From Candidatus Kuenenia stuttgartensis (GTDB taxonomy: Bacteria; Planctomycetota; UBA11346), in the NCBI GenBank assembly GCA_945876185.1, contig CAMCMZ010000003.1:15454-79453 (forward strand): a DNA stretch of 64,000 nucleotides, read 5' to 3'. Under the pieces are notes generated by a model. It saw only the letters and a list, made by a program, of their open reading frames with translations, did no database searches and had not been told where the DNA came from. The translations under genes were made by a program, and so were the position numbers. Position 1 is the stretch's first letter. Each line of letters begins with the position of its first letter. Below are positions 61,767 through 64,000 of the stretch, piece by piece.

Positions 61767-63650
61767 ATGCTCAGCGCCCTGCATCCGCTGCTGCTCTGGG
61801 GACTTGGTGCCGTCGCGGTACCGATCCTCATCCACCTGCTGCTGCGCCAACGCCCTCGGCCGCGACCGTGGGCGGCGATGCGCTGGCTGCTTGCGGCGGC
61901 GCAGGCGGCGCAGCGGCGTTACCGCCTGACCAACCTGCTCCTGCTGCTCTTGCGCTGCCTGATCCTGGCGCTCATCGCGCTCGCCCTGACCCGGCCCGGC
62001 CTGGCCGGCTTCGGCGGCGGCGACCGCCTGGTGGTGGTGCTCGACCAGAGCGCCTCGATGGGCGCGCGGGGTGACGATCCCGGACCTTTGGCCCAAGCAA
62101 AGGCTGCGTTTTCCCAGGCGCAACCGCATTGGCGGCGGGTGACCGTGGTCACGGTGGCGGGCGGGGCGGTGAACGTGCTCGCTGACGGCGACCCGGCGGC
62201 GGCGCGCCGGGCGATCAGCGCGGCCGAGGCCGGCGAACTGCCGGGTGGACTCGACGACGCGGCCCAGAACGGCGCGGTGGATGCGCTGCTGGCCGCCGTG
62301 GGCGATGGCGCCGACGCGGTGCTGGTCTCGGATTTCCAGCAGGACGACGGAGCGCGCATCGTCGCCGCCCTGCAGCCGCGCTGCCGTCAGGTTGCGCGCT
62401 GGGCGGTGGGTCGGCCGGCCGGCAACGCCCTGGTGACCGGGATCGTGCATCTGGGCGACCTCGTGCCGGGCCAGCCCGGTGAATTGGTAGTGGCGGTCGC
62501 GGGCACGCCGGCTGGCGCCACCCTGGCGATCGACGACGGCCCTGCCCTGGCGGTCCAGGCGACGATTTCCACCACGGCTGCCACCACTGCCACCACGGCC
62601 TCCTCCAACGGCAGCCTGCGCGTGCTGCTGCCGCCGCTCGCGGCCGGCGCACACCGCCTGCGTCTGCGCCTGGAGGACCGCGGTCTGGCCTACGACAACG
62701 CCCTCGATCTGCCGGTGCAGGTGCGCGGCGCGGTGCCGGCGTTGACGGTCGACGATCGCGTCGGCTGGATCGATGCGGCCTGGCGAGCGGCCGGCACCGA
62801 ACTGGAATCAATTCGCGTCTCGCCCACCGCCGTCGCCGGCAGCCTGCCCGGTCGTAAGCTCGTCGCGCTGCGCCGGCCGATCGCCGATGGCGCGGCGCTG
62901 GCTGATTGGGTGCGCGCCGGCGGGGTGCTCTGGGCCCCGCTGTCGGTGTTGGCCAACGATCCGGCCCTGCGCGGACTGATCGCCGGGATCAACGTCGGCG
63001 ACGCGGTTTCCGGCGGGCCGCTGACGACCGGCTCCGGCGAGCCCGGTCGCAGCGACGACCAGGAGGACGTCGACGCCGGCATGCGTCTGGTTGCGATCGA
63101 CCGCCTGCCGCGACTCGGCGTCCCGGCGGGCGGCGACATCCTGCTGCGCGCCGGCAAGGAACCGGCCGTGCTGACGCTCAGCGCCGGCAATGGCCAGGTC
63201 GTGGTGGAGGCCGTCGACCTGGGCGAGGTCGCAAATTTCGCCTCGATCCCGACCTTGCCGCTGTGGGCGGTGCGCAGCGCGCGCCGGATCAGCGCGCTCA
63301 GCGATCGCACTCGTCTCCTTACCGCTGGCCGCCCGGCGACCATCGACGCGACGCTCAGTCGCGGCGCGGCGAGCGTGCGCCTGGGCAAGGGCGCGACGAT
63401 CCTCGCCGCGCCGGGCGCGTGGCAGCTTGACACCGGCGACGGCCGGCCGCGCCCGGTGGTGCTGCTGCCCTCGCCCGAGGAAGGCCGCACCGATCGCGCC
63501 GCACCGGTCGGGGTCGCTGCCACCCTTGATGCCGCCCTGCCGGTGCGCACCGGCACTGATCTTGCTCTGCCGCTGCTGATCGCCGCGCTGCTGGTGGCGC
63601 TTGCTGAAGGACTGCTCGCCGCCTGGGCCGGGAGGGCCTATGGCCGCTGA
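61767..63650 (+). CDS. BatA (N-terminal double-TM) + vWA domain protein
   Basis: PILIHLL.R..PR...WAAM..L...LRCL..ALIALAL.RP; VLDQSASM MIDAS; VSDFQ; C-terminal TM. Confidence 0.88.
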   Translation: MLSALHPLLLWGLGAVAVPILIHLLLRQRPRPRPWAAMRWLLAAAQAAQRRYRLTNLLLLLLRCLILALIALALTRPGLAGFGGGDRLVVVLDQSASMGARGDDPGPLAQAKAAFSQAQPHWRRVTVVTVAGGAVNVLADGDPAAARRAISAAEAGELPGGLDDAAQNGAVDALLAAVGDGADAVLVSDFQQDDGARIVAALQPRCRQVARWAVGRPAGNALVTGIVHLGDLVPGQPGELVVAVAGTPAGATLAIDDGPALAVQATISTTAATTATTASSNGSLRVLLPPLAAGAHRLRLRLEDRGLAYDNALDLPVQVRGAVPALTVDDRVGWIDAAWRAAGTELESIRVSPTAVAGSLPGRKLVALRRPIADGAALADWVRAGGVLWAPLSVLANDPALRGLIAGINVGDAVSGGPLTTGSGEPGRSDDQEDVDAGMRLVAIDRLPRLGVPAGGDILLRAGKEPAVLTLSAGNGQVVVEAVDLGEVANFASIPTLPLWAVRSARRISALSDRTRLLTAGRPATIDATLSRGAASVRLGKGATILAAPGAWQLDTGDGRPRPVVLLPSPEEGRTDRAAPVGVAATLDAALPVRTGTDLALPLLIAALLVALAEGLLAAWAGRAYGR

Positions 63651-64000
63651 CGCCTGGATCCGCTGCGCGATCATCGTGCTGGTCGCTGGGGTTGCCGGCG
63701 CTGCCGACGTCGAGGTCGTCGACCGCTTCGCCTGGGAACATGTCAGTGCGCCGTGGCACCTGCTGCTGTGGGCCGGCGCGGCGGCGGCGGCCGGCTGGTG
63801 GGCCTGGCGCCGCTATGGCCCGACGCCGCCCGGTTGGCGCGGCCCGGTCGCGCGCACCGCCCGCGTCCTTGGTCTGATTCTGCTCATCGCCGCGATCGCC
63901 GGTCCAAGCTGGCAGCGCACCACCACCACCTGGCTGCCCGGGCGGATGGTGATCGCGGTCGACCGGTCCTCGTCGATGGCGCGCGACGATGGCGAGGGCG
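63640..64000 (+). CDS. vWA-domain membrane protein, runs off the window
   Basis: ATG at 63640 overlaps the previous stop; my translation gives TM helices, AIAGPSW and VIAVDRSSSM MIDAS; open to the edge (not listed in the ORF track). Confidence 0.75.
   Translation, partial: MAADAWIRCAIIVLVAGVAGAADVEVVDRFAWEHVSAPWHLLLWAGAAAAAGWWAWRRYGPTPPGWRGPVARTARVLGLILLIAAIAGPSWQRTTTTWLPGRMVIAVDRSSSMARDDGEG

Overview
GC-rich (about 68-70% by eye) bacterial chromosomal window, most likely from a PVC-superphylum/Planctomycetota-type genome. This is inferred from gene families and palindrome types, not from a marker gene. From left to right it contains: sppA; a sigma54-preceded fliF-fliG-fliH trio whose fliG-fliH junction is filled with repeats; a hybrid histidine kinase; an AraC/PhyH/URO-D module; murD; a phosphatase/phosphodiesterase-superfamily enzyme; a C45 Ntn-hydrolase; a CusCBA-type Cu/Ag efflux operon with Cys-rich small partners; a second, larger AraC/PhyH/URO-D/oxidoreductase/sugar-isomerase cluster; an origin-like block (smpB, two parS sites, parA, parB, an AT-rich intergenic stretch, dnaN, a CCA enzyme, but no dnaA); ppdK fused to an AT-hook tail; dapF, mntP, YkgJ-, Rsm22- and 4Fe-4S-family genes; a lower-GC three-gene prepilin cassette ending in a ~2165-aa PilX-like adhesin that is frameshifted at a C11 tract; an M48 protease; and BatA/vWA genes. 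The intergenic space holds several nested non-autonomous repeat families: a 193-bp MITE that duplicates whole hairpins, an IS4-ended MITE carrying a REP doublet, a 102-bp covarying element found right after stop codons, GGGA/GGAG-tagged REPs and a BIME-like array. I found no transposase, RAYT, rRNA, tRNA or CRISPR array.
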